Source: Octopus sinensis (lineage: Eukaryota). Taken from it: a stretch of 64,000 nt of DNA. The stretch spans positions 620,001-684,000 of the forward strand of contig NW_021825323.1 in assembly GCF_006345805.1 (NCBI RefSeq), in the 5' to 3' direction. Every line of letters begins with the position of its first letter. The stretch's first letter is position 1. Below the pieces are notes generated by a model. It was not told where the DNA came from. It worked only from the letters and a program-made list of their open reading frames with translations, and did not search any database. The position numbers were made by a program, and so were the translations under genes. Below are positions 1-12,586 of this stretch, one piece after another.

Positions 1-1154
1 GAGTCAACCCATTGTTTTGGCACCACCTCCCAATATTTTTTATATGGTTTTCTACCCTTTTCCATGAAATTTGTTTACTTATGCTTGAATCAAGCACAAG
101 AATGTCATCAGCATAAATAATCATATTACTATTTATGACTATTTATCACAGTGGTTCTCAACCTTTATTTTTGTATCGCCCCCTTGGAATTTTTTTCGCC
201 CCTCCAATTTTTATATCGCCCCTTTATTTCATTAGTAAAAATTTTTATTTAAAAAATAAGAGTTTTAATGAGATCCTTGTGGTTGACAAGTTTTTCAAAA
301 TTTGTACTTCTTTTCGTAAGTGTAATTCTAATGTCGCCTCTTTCTTCTATATTTAGTTTGTTTCTTTTTTTCCGATCATACTATTCAGAGTGCTGAATCC
401 TCTCTCTACGCAGTATGACGTAGGAAAACATAATATTATTGGCATCATTTTTTCCCATAATTTCGGGAATTTCATTTTTATAGATTTTTCTCCCCAGAAT
501 TTTTTTTTTTAAATAACGAAAACAACAAAAAAAAACTAGCTATCATGAACTGGCTCGCAGGATTGAAAGACAATTCCCCAGAATTGTGTCAGGTTTTCAT
601 TTTTAAATTTTATTTTCAGTTCTTCGTCGTTTTTTAGTTCTATTAATTCTTCTTGACATTCATCATCAGAATCATAATGAATGGGCAACTAAGGATTAAT
701 CATCCAATCAGAAAAGTTTAAATTAATTAAATCTTCAAATCTTTCAACTTTATATCTCTGCAACTTTATATGAATAAGATAATCCAGAGACATTTTGAGA
801 TATATTTTTATTAAAAATTGACGGTAAGGTGTTTTTATTTTCAAAATTCTTTTTTAATTCTAGAAAAAAGTCTGGCTTTTTTCCAATTAAATTATGATGT
901 TTTCGCTTTAAATGTTCAATCAAACGAGACGGTTTCATTGCCTCATTCGAAAAAATTGTACCACATTGAAGACAAAGTGGTTTATTAGGATCTTGAGGAT
1001 CTTTAAAAAATCCAAGAGAAATATATTCATCTTTATACATTCTGACTTTTTTTGAACACGACCCATAAAGATAACTAGAAATCACGCTTAGAAATTTAAA
1101 TAAAATATAATAAAAATATCATATTATAATAAATATTATTAGACTCGATTATAT

Positions 1155-3885
1155 GAATGAATGAATGAATGAATTTTTATTAACGGAAAGCCGAAAAAAG
1201 AGGGAGAAAGTTAATGAGACAACGTATGCCTCTTCTTCGTTGTTTCCCTCTTTTTTTTTTTTTTTTAAAAAACGTGGTGTTTGTGACGTGGTGTTCTTGT
1301 GAGCAAAATAAAAGAAAAATACTAATAACAATTTCACAATGAATTATTCAAAATCCAAGAAGAATTTTAAATCCCCGAATATCCAGGCTTCTGTGCCATC
1401 AATCTCGGCTTCTGTGCGCTCTATTTCGGCCTCTGTGCCTTCTATCTCGACCTCTGTACCATCTATCTCGGCCTCCGTGCCATCTATCCCGGCCTCCGTG
1501 CCATCTGTATGCCTGAGTATTGTACTATCAATACACAACTCAGAGCTCGATCTATTGAGATAGCAAAAACACTTTGTGGTTGTGAAATCGCTTGTAAGGC
1601 TCGAGTGACACGTCGTCACTCGGCGACTACGTTTTGGATTTCAAAAGTAAAGAGGATCTTTCGGCCTTTGTTGACTACTGTAAGTATACCCAGCCCTTTG
1701 GACCAAATGGCCACAAATCGAGGAGGCAAAGCCACGTGCGTCCGCGATAATGCTTAGGAACCTCCCGAACTGGGTTGGAACCGAGGAACTTGTAAAGTAT
1801 CGGTAAACTAATCTCTCCGGGGTTTTTGGTTGAGAGATTTTTCCGAAATGGAAGTCCACTTCCTCTGGCTAAAGTGACCATCCCCTCTAGGGGTGAAGCA
1901 GCCTCTCTCATGAATGGGGTTGAAAATTGGTTTCCGCGAAATTTTCTGTAGTTGGTACAAGCAACCAGACACGCAATGTTTCCGCTGCCAGCGTTTCGGA
2001 CATATCTCACGGTTCTGTAAAGAAAAAGTGAGATGTCTCATTTGTGAGGGCCCACATACCCGTTCGGAATGTCCTCTGACTGGAAACTACCCTACCAAGT
2101 GCATAAACTGTGGATCCTCAACACACATGGCCAACTATGGAGGATGTCCTGTTGTCAAGGAGCTTCTTAAAAAGAGATTACCTCGGAAAATACAGATCAG
2201 TCTACTAAACTGAAATTTGGACACATCTCCCGCAATGAAAATACAAGGAAAAACGATCAAAACTGAAACAGGAAACGTGAAAGTACAAAATACCTGGAAA
2301 GGATGGAACTTTAATAAAAGTACAAAATTCGTGGATGCTGAGGTTCAGACTGACGATATCTCTGAATCCATGTCAAACACTTTGAAAACTGCGACACCCA
2401 CTATATCTACGCAAAAACCAAAATTAAAGTTGGAACAAGGCGTAAACACAACCGAATATATGACTCAACTCAAAAAAGGCATGAAACTCGGGGACACTTC
2501 CAAATCAAACCGGGACAACCACCATGCAACATACAGGTGGCAGATGAAAAGACAAATGCAATTGAACATTTAAAGCAAAACTGGAGGACCTCCATCTTAA
2601 ATCGAAAACGACGACTAAAAAAACGTTTAAAAATTTACTGGAACTGGTGGCGCTCGTTATGGAGGACAGTCACCAAAACTTGACGAGATGAGCGTTTTTA
2701 CGCTTATCAACGCCCGGTCAATTCGGAAACGGGCTACGGAGCTAACCTACTTGGTTAGCTCGGTAAACATGGACACATTGGTTGTTAATGAAACGAAGCT
2801 TAAGGGAAATCAGCATCATAAAATCCATGGTTTTCAGTCGATTGATATCCCATGGCGACCTGACGCAGTGGCTGGCACTGGGACATCCATATATTATAAA
2901 GACAATCTGATGGTGAGGGACTTGAAAATCGTCGAACAAAATTTGTGCGAACTGATTACATTGAAACTACTAAATCCCTTGGATGGATATCTGTCGGAGC
3001 TATGTACTCCAAAGCAATGAAGAATTATCAAAATCTTATTGAAGAATTTTTCCAGAACAATGATAGAGGAATTCTAATAGGAGACCTTAACGCAAAACAC
3101 ACATCGTACGGATGTGCCAACACAAATTCGGACGGTAATATACTCCTCAGATTATCGGAGAACTGCGGTTTTAGTGTTTTGACCTCACGAGAACCAAACC
3201 ACTTCTCTTGTTATGGAGAGGATTGTATTGGAGTTTTCCTCGTATCGGCAGATGTTGTTCATCAATGCAGCATACCAAGGATTGAGATAAACATTGGTAG
3301 TGATCACCTACCTCAATCCTTGTGTATGCGAACATCATCTACGATATGCGAAGATCTGTTTATCGGATACGATACGTCTCGGACAATCTGGTCGGACCTT
3401 GAGGTATCAATGAAAAAGCATTTGACACCGTATCCAATACAAAACATCTCTTCGAATATACAAATTGAAAAACTTGATAAAATTCTCAGAGAAGCTATAC
3501 TGGACTTTCTCCGAAAATCTTCAATCAGGAAATACATCATGTCAAATACTAACAGAAAAACCCGGATTGACGAATCTTTGGGAAAACTTATAAAATGGAA
3601 GGGAAACCTTGAAAAGAAGCTAAGACGATGCAGTGACCCCATAGATCGTATTCGTCTTCGGGATAAGATTCGTACCGTGAAAATAGAGATAAATGATGTC
3701 GCAAAAAAACATTCAGACCTTGCTTGGAAGAGTCAATGCTCGAAACTGAATAAGAAAAACCCTCATTTTTGGAAGGTTTTCAACAGACTGAGTAATATGG
3801 AGAACAAAGGAGAAGAGATCCGACTAAAAACAACTGAAGGAATAGATATCCCGCTCGATGAAGTTCCCTCACATCTGCGAAGTCA
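1155..3885 (+). mobile_element. Jockey/I-group LINE: ORF1 and the APE half of ORF2, no RT domain; 3' tail inverted
   Basis: Three gag-like CCHC knuckles (CFRCQRFGHISRFC, CLICEGPHTRSEC, CINCGSSTHMANYGGC, 1914-2213). APE motifs INARS, NETKL, GDLNAKH and GSDHLP (2688-3320). 12-bp direct repeat ACTCGATTATAT at 1143-1154 and 3886-3897. AATAAA plus (ATTC)n tail on the minus strand at 1155-1181. Confidence 0.88.
1393..1509 (+). repeat. 21-bp tandem repeat (about 5.5 copies) encoding (VPSISAS)n at the LINE ORF1 N-terminus
   Basis: Units of consensus GTGCCATCTATCTCGGCCTCT read directly; matches ORF 1339-1563. Confidence 0.9.
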
Positions 3886-5266
3886 ACTCGATTATATATC
3901 TTTATTTTTTCAAAGATTATCGACTTCTAACATAAGATTTTAATTTTTCAAATATTAGCAATCAGCCATCGCCCCCCTGGCAGAAAAAATCGCCCCCCTA
4001 CCAAAAAAAATCGCCCCTAGGGGGCGAATCGCCCACCGTTGAGAACCACTGATTTATCATATGACTATTCACGCTGCAGCGTATTCATGGAGCATTCCAA
4101 CTTTTTTTAATATTCTAACTGAATGTTATAAAACCAGCTAAGAGAAATAGTGAACATTTTCAGTTGGAGATATAAGACTTGTTAATGATTTAAGAAACAT
4201 ATGGAATCAATATTCTTAGCTTGTTAATGTTCTTCGTAATATTGAATCCACTAACTTTTCTATCGAGAAGCATTACACTTTTCTGAAAATACAAAATATA
4301 AAGGAAGATAATTGTTAAATAAACGAATATATCATCATTGATGAGCAATTTTGTTTGGGAGAGAAGTCCCGGCCGACCAAGGACTTGATGGCTATCAACG
4401 GTAGAATACGTCACGAGATTGCCTTTATCAAAGCTTTTTGAAATTACAAATGACCGAGTGAGGTAGAAAAAAATTGGCTTATGAGATTCTACAAGTGTCG
4501 GACACGACTTGATTGGACAACCCAACTTAAACTCATCTCCACGTGTTTGTAATAACTCGGCTAGATTTTCATCGGTTGGAAGTACTTAGTTTTCACGTCT
4601 AATATTTATCGCCGAGTTCTGAGATTAGTCGTCGGATGTTTTCAATGACGAGATCTCCTCTTTTGTACCAGCAATTGACATAATCTCAAAATGGCAATGC
4701 TTTATGTGACTATCAATTGTATAAATGCCGTCGACTAATTTATACCATTTTGGGTTTAAAATGGGTCTTACAAAAAGCAAAGTAGAAAAATAAAATTATT
4801 TAATAAACAATGTTAGCATTATTTAACACCGATGGGGCCAATCTCTGAATTCTAGCAATTACGGTGTTGCTTAAAAATGGAATGATTATTCATAAAGAGT
4901 TAATCATAGTTTCTTCTACCTTTCGAAGTCAAAACTCGATAGTTTACAGAGCTTCTTTTCATAAGCGATTTGACCTCGAGAGGCGTAGTGATCAGAGTTA
5001 CTCTTAACAAAGAATCTTGATTGCTATCCTTCGCGTTAACAGTCAAACAATTTTCTCGGCACAAAAATGACTTTTTAATATCATTTGACAGTAAAATTAA
5101 ATTTTTAGAAAGAAAAAAATAATTATATAGTATATATCCTACTTTAAACGAAATATACATTATTTTGAAATATGACATATCCAAATTTTCTAATACTTAA
5201 ATTCAATTAAAAAATCAGAATTAATAATGAGAAAGAAATAAGATTAAAACAGAACTCCTCGAAAAT

Positions 5267-6041
5267 CTAATTTAAAGAAGTGAATCCCAGAACGAGATCC
5301 TTCTGAGTCAAATTCCTGTAAACAGCTTTAAGTATATCAGACTACAATGTAAGTAAAAATAAATAACCTTTTCCTCCAGTTTAAATTGAAATTTGTCCGA
5401 AACAAATATTCTGTAAAGAGACTTTTTACGACTTTGCTGAGATCCACCACCAGCAGTGAATCTAATCCTCTTTCCAATAATTTCAGCAGGATAGACCAAA
5501 TCCGACATCCACTGATCATGAACGGCAGTAAGAGTGCGACTTCTAACAAATCAAATCTCATAATACATACCGTGGCCTTTTTTGTTTAAAAAGGTATTTC
5601 TTGCTCTCCTTTGGCAATATTCTCCTGTTGGACAGGATCACAAACGTTGGCGCAGAAGGGGAGAAGAAAGAAGACAACTCTGAGATCAGATCCTCGTGAA
5701 TATCACGATATGCCGCCATTTCGTTTACAGGAACAAATAAAACGACCGCCCTTTCTCCAGAACGACTAATAACTTCCTAAATTCATTTTAAAATTATTGA
5801 GTACCTTGACACTGTTTATGTGAAGTTTGGATAATTGAACTCCAAAGGCAGTTTTGGAAATTATTTGCTTCATAGCATTCAGCACTTGATTTAGTAATTC
5901 GGTGTTAGCAGACTGCTCTTTCTCGCTACGAATGTTTGAAACTCTCTGCATTCCCTAATGTTGATATAGACCGAATTCATTACAGAATTAACAGGAGCGG
6001 ATGATGCAGGCTATAAATATGAAAAATTCAAATAAAACCAT
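5267..6041 (-). CDS. RPS7: 40S ribosomal protein S7 (eS7), about 5 introns of 26-29 nt
   Basis: Spliced translation contains [19 protein letters not shown]|[28 protein letters not shown], the eS7 signature. Confidence 0.93.
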
Positions 6042-6244
6042 GTTCTGTTTCGTAGCTTGCTGAACTGTTTTATTAGCAGATTTAACTTTAGACATATATC
6101 TAAATACAAAATTAACAAAGCGTTCCAACCACCAAATAACGTGAAAAATAGCGTGTACTATATAATTTAAAAATAATTAGTACATGATTTTAAATATTTA
6201 ATAATCAACTATAAAAATAAACATAAAAATGATTATTAGCACAA

Positions 6245-6795
6245 AAGATTGGGAAAGACTTCAGTCGACTTAAAGCTAAACAACGTGTCCTTACGCTTCT
6301 ATAGGAGTCAGCCGGTCCTAGGAGTAACCCTCGACATGCACCTCTGCTTCTCCCCGCACGCAGACAACCTTCGTGACAAATGCGAAAAAAAATTGAATAT
6401 CCTCAGAACTCTATCCGGCTTATGAAAAAACGGTTCACACTCGGTACTGGCAAATATCTACCGCCAATACTTTGAACCGTCAATTTCCTACGTCTGTGGA
6501 TCATGGGGTCTGCGGTTATCGTTGTCCAACAGGATGCGAATCAAGGAGGTTCAACAAAGGGCTAACAGATTAATCAATCGTTGGTCGCACGATAACGAAC
6601 GCCCGGGTCCGGCTGAACCTTTGTCCGTCTGCAAATGCCCCGTCAAAACCGGCCAGCCGCCCGGTGCACTCCTGTATGGGCTAGTGGAAAGATCACCGAG
6701 CGAGGATGAGGTCCCTGGTCAAGTGCATCGGGATCACGTGACGTTTGTTCGGTTTTTACCATGGTCTTGGTGGTTAAATAAAATAAAAAATAAAG
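6245..6795 (+). mobile_element. 5'-truncated LINE 3' fragment (I/Jockey group)
   Basis: LGVTLD...KKLNILRTLSG post-RT motif; ends TTTTTACCATGGTCTTGGTGGTTAAATAAAATAAAAAATAAA. Confidence 0.75.
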
Positions 6796-6879
6796 GACTG
6801 CAATAGCTATCCCGTGTATCGTTTTTAACCGCGTAAGCGCAACCCCCAAACTACGTGGATTGAAAGTGGATATTGTTAA

Positions 6880-7100
6880 AGTACCTAAATATTCAAGTTC
6901 TGGTGACCGTTACTTCTTTATCCCGATCGCTGTAGAGACATCGAAGGTCCCTGGCCCGCTGATTTCCGCATTTATTAACAACATCAGCAGAATAAACTTT
7001 TTCGAAAATGTGACTAACACGAAACAGGATGGCTCTGGTAAAAGTTGTCGATCAATATTCTTTGTGGGAATCGCCACTCCGTCCTTTCAGCTTGGCTAGA
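6880..7100 (+). mobile_element. Degenerate CRE-type non-LTR element 3' fragment (REL endonuclease C-terminus)
   Basis: KYSSSGDRYFFIPIAVETS; a frameshifted ILCGNRHSV corresponds to the RGN motif. Confidence 0.6.
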
Positions 7101-7275
7101 AAATAATTATTTTTACGTCTAGTTGTAATTACTAATGTTAATAAAAAAACTTATATTCTTTTTTACCATTGTAATTTTTATCTTTAACAGTAATTTGTTA
7201 ATTTGCATGTTATTTTAAATAGATGTTTTCTGTATTACAAAAATTTTATATTTATTCTCATAATCAGTGAAATCA

Positions 7276-7575
7276 AGTACGCCTCGGAAGAAAGACAAGT
7301 ACGCCTCGCTCGCCGACAGATTCCTCTTTGTGCCTGTTTCAGTCGAAACATCAGGCACATTCGGCCCAGCCACGCTACGTTTTCTCACCGAGAGAGGCCG
7401 TCACCTCGGGAGGATTAGAAACGACCCCCGCGAGGTCAATCGGCTTTTTGAGCGCGTCTCAATAGCCGTACTCAGGGGGAACAGTTTCTCTATTCTCTCT
7501 GCGGCTAGTAGCTGACTTCCTGTTCCATTTTCTTTTCTATTTGTTAATTAATAAACAAAATAATTATTAAAAAAA
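7276..7575 (+). mobile_element. CRE-type non-LTR element 3' fragment with A-tail and TSD
   Basis: KYASLADRFLFVPVSVETSGTFGPATLRFLTERG...ERVSIAVLRGNSFSILSAASS*. A-tail present. 14-bp TSD AATCAGTGAAATCA at 7262-7275 and 7576-7589. Confidence 0.85.
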
Positions 7576-8056
7576 AATCAGTGAAATCATTTAAACTTGC
7601 ATTAATCTGATGTTATTTCTTAAATTTATCCAGTGTCATTGTTCTGGATAGACTATATGAAAAGATTTAAGTCCAAACCTTAGACATATGATCTCTGTTC
7701 TGAAGGATATCAATAGAAATCCTTTAGTAGATTTTAGCAATCCAAACTTGAAGCTGAAAAAAGTCATTTTTATTAAATTGGTTTTTTTTTATAAAAATTA
7801 AATTTGTTATAAGCAATAAATTGTGTGTTATAATTCATGTTTTATAAGTCTTTTAAGATTTTATTATTTTGCTAATTGAATTGTTTTTTGTTAATTTTTC
7901 GAATTGTATCTCTAATTTTGTAAACGATAATAAATAACGATTTATTAGATTTTCAGGAAGATCTATCAAAATTCCAATTATTAATAATCAATTTGACCTC
8001 GCAGATATTTTTAGCAATTTTATAAATATCCGTTAACTTTCTTGATTGCACAGCGC

Positions 8057-8368
8057 CAAAGCCCACTTGTGACATTTTGTGGAATTAAGAATAAATCTAA
8101 AAAATATAATGCTATCTATTTCTTAGATCTTAAGGAAATTTAAATTTAATCTCATTTTATCTAAAGCCTACTTGTAAAATCTTGTAAATTAAAAATAAAT
8201 TTCATAAAATATAATGCTATTTATTTTTTAGATCATGAGGAAATCAAGTTTTATCTTATATTATCTAAAGCCCACTTGTGAAATCTTGTGAAATTCAAAA
8301 TAAATTTTAAAAAATATAATGCTATTTATTTCTTAGATCTTGAGGAGATTGAGTTTTATCTCATTCTG
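8057..8368. repeat. About 104-bp tandem repeat, 3 diverged copies, just upstream of coronin
   Basis: AAAGCC(C/T)ACTTGT...AAAATATAATGCTAT(C/T)TATTT...TAGATC recurs at about 8058, 8163 and 8267. Confidence 0.85.
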
Positions 8369-8476
8369 TAAAAAATAGTTCGCAAGTTAACTGGAACTCA
8401 AGATAAAAATAAATTTTAAGATAACCGCAAGCACAGTATATATAAAAGAGCTTATCATAGATTTCGAATCGTTGGA

Positions 8477-10170
8477 ATGTATGACCTAGCGTATTCCAGA
8501 TATCGAAATATCATTGGGAATGTTGACAGAAACAGAGAGTATAGTAACATAAATTTTCCTGAGTCGACTGTTGACTCAGATATGATTGCCGTAAATAACC
8601 ATTTTATTGCATTTATCGAATCTACTCTTGGTGGAGGATCATTTCTTGTATTGAACCTTTCTAAAGTACAAGTTAACTTTCAAATATATTTAGGTGGGCA
8701 AAATAACACACAACACCCCTCGAGTAGTTGGCCACCGAGCTCAAGTAATGGATATTGCATTTTCTCCTTTTGAAGATAATATCATCGCAAGTGCTTCGGC
8801 AGATGGCCTTATTCAAATATGGGAAATACCAATTTCAGGACTTAGGAGTAACCTCACAACTCCGAATATGGAACTCAACGGACACGATAGAAAATTATGC
8901 ACTATAAAATGGAACCCAATAGCTCAAAATATCCTCATTTCCGGAGGTCATTTGAAAAATATCTACTTTAGGTCTTGACCATTTTTGTATTTTGTGGAAT
9001 ATTGAAAAGGGCCTGAAAATTAAAAAAATCAATTTCGAATGTGGAATTTTTAGTTTCAACTTCAGCTACGACGGGTTAAAAGTATCGGCAATTCTCAGAA
9101 ACATGAAGTTGGTGATTTTTGATCCAAGAAATGAGCAGATTGAGCATGTAGCCTATATTACTAAATTAAGGGATCAATTTCATATGGTTTTGTTCGTTCT
9201 GCGAGAGTTGTTTTTCTCAAAAATAACAACATTTTAACATGTGGATTTGAAGATGGTTCAAACAGATGTTTAAAAATATGGAATTCAGTTAATATTTACG
9301 ATACAGTATTTATCAATTTTAGGATCATCTTGAGACTCCTTTAACGAAATTCATTACTGACTCTAATCACGGATCAATGCTCGTCCACTATGAACCTGAA
9401 CATTCTCTAATATTTATAATTGGTCGAGTATTTGTTTGTTATGATCGATGAAGGGAGACTCTTCAATTTCGATATTTCAAATCTTGGATAAATTTCCTTA
9501 TCTGAAGCATTTGTCCATATATCAATCAAATCTTCCTCCACAGCGAAGTTTCGGAGCACTTCCATCAATTTCATGTAATCCCAAAATAGGTGAGGTTGGA
9601 AGGTATTTGCGTCCTGATTTGTTAATATAGAATCTTCCGTGGTCTTGGAAATGGTTATTGTGAAGTTGTGAGCTTTTTAATACCTTCAACGGTGTTTATA
9701 TCATAAACATGTTTAGTCTATGTCGATCATAAAAGAAATGTTTACTGATGTAAGAGCTAACTCTCCTACACTGACAGCGGATGAATATATTTCACTAAAA
9801 TACAGGGTTAAGCCAAAAATGGTTAATAAATTCAAAATCAAAAACAGATGTCATATTTTTTGGACGAGCGCAATAATATACTGGTTTCCAACAAAAATAA
9901 AATTCCAAACACCAATAAACAAGAATTGTCAGATAGGAAAGTCAATGTATATGAGAATAATAATTTTAGAACGCATCCGAATTTGAACAAAGATTAATTG
10001 ATCTAGAAAAGCGCATTATTCTGTTAGAAACCAAAAATTCTAAAAAATATATTTTTACATTTTTAGAATCAATATTGAAAACAGATCGTGCTTATCAAAT
10101 TATTGTATTTTTAATAATATTAATATGCTTTTTTAACGAGTGGATTAACATTTCACAAATTGATAATTAA
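8477..10170 (+). CDS. Coronin (WD40 plus C-terminal coiled coil), about 9 introns of 23-35 nt; the 3' end is uncertain
   Basis: SRYRNIIG, GGGSFLVL, GHRAQVMDIAFSPFEDNIIASASADGLIQIWEIP, LNGHDRK, G|GDSSISIFQ and coiled coil EFEQRLIDLEKRIILLE. Confidence 0.92.
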
Positions 10171-10199
10171 TAAAACTAAATTTTAATAATTCAAATATA

Positions 10200-10953
10200 G
10201 GGTTTGCAGAGAGTTAACGTCAAAGCTCAAGGCCTTCAAGCAATTGACCCCCATACTCGTATATAAACAATACATTCTTCCAACATTGGACTACGCAAGT
10301 CCATCATGGGCGCCTCTGCTGTCAACAACACTCCTTCAGAAGTTGCAATCAATCCAAAACCAAGCACTCGAAATCATTACGGGTTGTATGAAGTCAGAGT
10401 AAGACTTCGCCATCTGTGGAACCCAATTCTTCGCCTCTGCGAGTATGATCAAAAACCACCCAAGTCACAATCTCACGACAACACCAACCCCTGACAGGAA
10501 CATCAAAAGCACACCAACACTCCACCACTGCCGCGTATTCTAAGCTCATTCCCCACCAAAAAAACGTCGAAATAAAAAATAATACTAAATCCTCCTTGAA
10601 CGCACTAACCGCAAACAATATCCTCAACAATCACCCCCAAAATAACTCAGCTGAAAAGGATCTCAGCCGCAAAGATCGGGTCGAACTTGCAAGATTTCGC
10701 TGTGGGCATCACCATTTACTTCTCGACTATCAAAAAAAAACTGGATAAGGACGTCGATCCGTCCTGTCCAATCTGCCATGACGGACGACACACAGCAACG
10801 CACGTCGTCCTGGATTGCAAAAATCTCACCGTCATAAGAAGATCTTATAAAGTTAACTCCCTCCTTAACTTATGGTGTGACCCTAAGAGGTCTGTCGGTT
10901 TTCTTCGTGCCGCATTCCTCCCAATTTCAGAAGGGAAGGGGTTAAATAAATAA
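10200..10953 (+). mobile_element. LINE 3' fragment (I/Nimb-like C-terminus), frameshifted
   Basis: ILPTLDYASPSW, LARFRCGHH and the C-terminal zinc knuckle CPICHDGRHTATHVVLDC; ends GGGTTAAATAAATAA. Confidence 0.8.
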
Positions 10954-11439
10954 CGCTTCATACATTAGTTTAATTAGCTTGGAGCGAATGATTTCAAATG
11001 ATTCATAGTCGCATGGTTCCTCTCAATGAGGACAATTTTATAATGAGAGTGCGTGTTTGTTTATACCTTGAATAGGTTTACTAATTAGCCTAATATTCAC
11101 TAATTCTAGCACACCCAAGTGATAATATTCTTAATCAAGTTGTTTCGGACATAAAGAATTTTCTATCAATATTCCAATCCAGTTGGATGAATTTACTTGA
11201 ATTGATTATTGCAGTCAACTAATTGTCTTTGTTCTATATGTGCAAATAAATTTAATTACCGAAGTTTTTTTTAAAACTTCCGAAGCATTTTATTAATAGC
11301 TAGCAGGCCGTTATTGCTGACTCTAGTTTTAAAATAATCAAATAATTTTAAAATAGAAAAATTAACAGACAAAATCATTAATTGTGTTCTTTTTGATTTG
11401 GGAATGTGATCTATGACGGCATTTATTAGCTCCAGGGAA

Positions 11440-12370
11440 TTTTCATTCTGATATATAATGCTTGCAATTTTTAAGCATTTTTAGTCCTTCTTTGTAATTC
11501 ACACAAAATTTTGTTTCCTTAGACTTTTCATTCTTATCCTCAATGGCGAGAGAGGTAATGGAGGACTTCAATTTTGTCCAAATTGACAAGTAGTTTATAA
11601 GATGGGCATTGACAGCAACTAATAAAACTTTTATCTTTCTTTTTTCAGTTATGCAGTCCACCGTAGAGCCATTATTTACAAATTTTAATATTCATCTACG
11701 GTTTTGGTGAAAAATTTCCACTTTAAAATTTTAAAGCAACGCGGTTTCTGATATTTTCTAATCATTAGGAGTATTTGTTTGTCGATTCCAGTAATATTCG
11801 TGGAAAGCAACAAAAGAAATCCTATAAAATTATTTAAGAATTAAAGCAATCTTCAGCTTTCTGGCAAACAGTTTTCGAAAAGACAGATTTCTAGAAAATG
11901 CCAATTTCATTAATGTCATAAATAATTTTTACCCTATACTTTTGAATTTCTGCAGAAATTAATGTTATAAACATTTCAATTTCTTCTTTTTGGTCAAATC
12001 CGATAGTTGTGTACTCTCCATGTAAAATTCGAAACTTGAAATTTTTATGTCTCTTAAACCAACTTAGTCAACCATTGCTAGCTTTAAACTCTTAAATCCC
12101 ATCTGTATAAAAAAATTCATTAAAAAATAGCTTAGCCGACAAAATTTTCATAGAAAATGTAAAAATGTAAAAAATAGTGAAAATATTTGTCGAAATTTCC
12201 TAGAAAAAAAAATTTTTGCCAAAATTGTGACAAGTAAAAGCGGTGGCGAGCAGCACAAATTTTATTGTATGTGTTTTTCAAAATTTGACTCAAAAGTAAT
12301 AAATTTTGGTTAATCTTTGATAATACTGTAATATCTCCGATTTTAGCCATATGATAATAAGTCCCCATTG
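11440..12370 (-). pseudogene. pogo/Tigger-type transposase remnant
   Basis: FKASNG(stop)LSWFKRHKNFKFRILHGE, YDINEIGIF, RKYQKPRCFK and KIKVLLVAVNAH, with stops and frameshifts. Confidence 0.75.
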
Positions 12371-12586
12371 ATTCCTTATATCTAGAAATCTTTCATTTTT
12401 GAAAACAGTAAAGACAGTATTATTTACTGGAACATTGTTATCTTAAAAGCTCTAATTAAATTGAAATATCTCTAATTAATTAAATTGTTATATTTTTATA
12501 AATATTGTTTTAATTGTAATTTAATTTATTTCAAATTAATAAATAATTAATTCAAGTTAGGGAAAATTAATTGCTTGGCATTATCT

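Larger units (their letters stand above)
149..4051 (-). mobile_element. Buster/Charlie-type hAT DNA transposon, internally deleted, with a LINE inserted in its 5' region
   Basis: TIRs CAGTGGTTCTCAAC (149-162) and GTTGAGAACCACTG (4038-4051). 8-bp TSD ATTTATCA at 141-148 and 4052-4059, matching the Buster nnnTAnnn target. Minus strand encodes a BED finger (CLQCGTIFSNEAMKPSRLIEHLKRKH, 750-1085) and the Buster C-terminus (FPTSYCVERGFS...KKRNKLNIEERGDIR, about 250-440); the catalytic core is missing. Confidence 0.93.

Noticed and set aside
4540-4760. Stop-codon reassignment, suggested by in-frame TAA codons in a protein-like minus-strand frame here and near 41950-42300
   Set aside because: All conserved genes translate cleanly with the standard code once tiny introns are removed, and they end in TAA, TAG or TGA. 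The second case is antisense to a Leu-rich open frame.
4190-5184. Possible multi-exon membrane protein gene downstream of RPS7
   Set aside because: There are coding-like segments and a hydrophobic C-terminal stretch, but I could not build one consistent spliced frame or recognise a family.
5969-5985. 17-nt intron in RPS7
   Set aside because: An upstream in-frame GT gives a 29-nt intron that fits the typical size, so the 17-nt version is unnecessary.
10020-10170. Tail-anchored (transmembrane) coronin
   Set aside because: The hydrophobic tail is what AT-rich DNA yields by chance, and an alternative 44-nt intron gives a different end. It needs cDNA.
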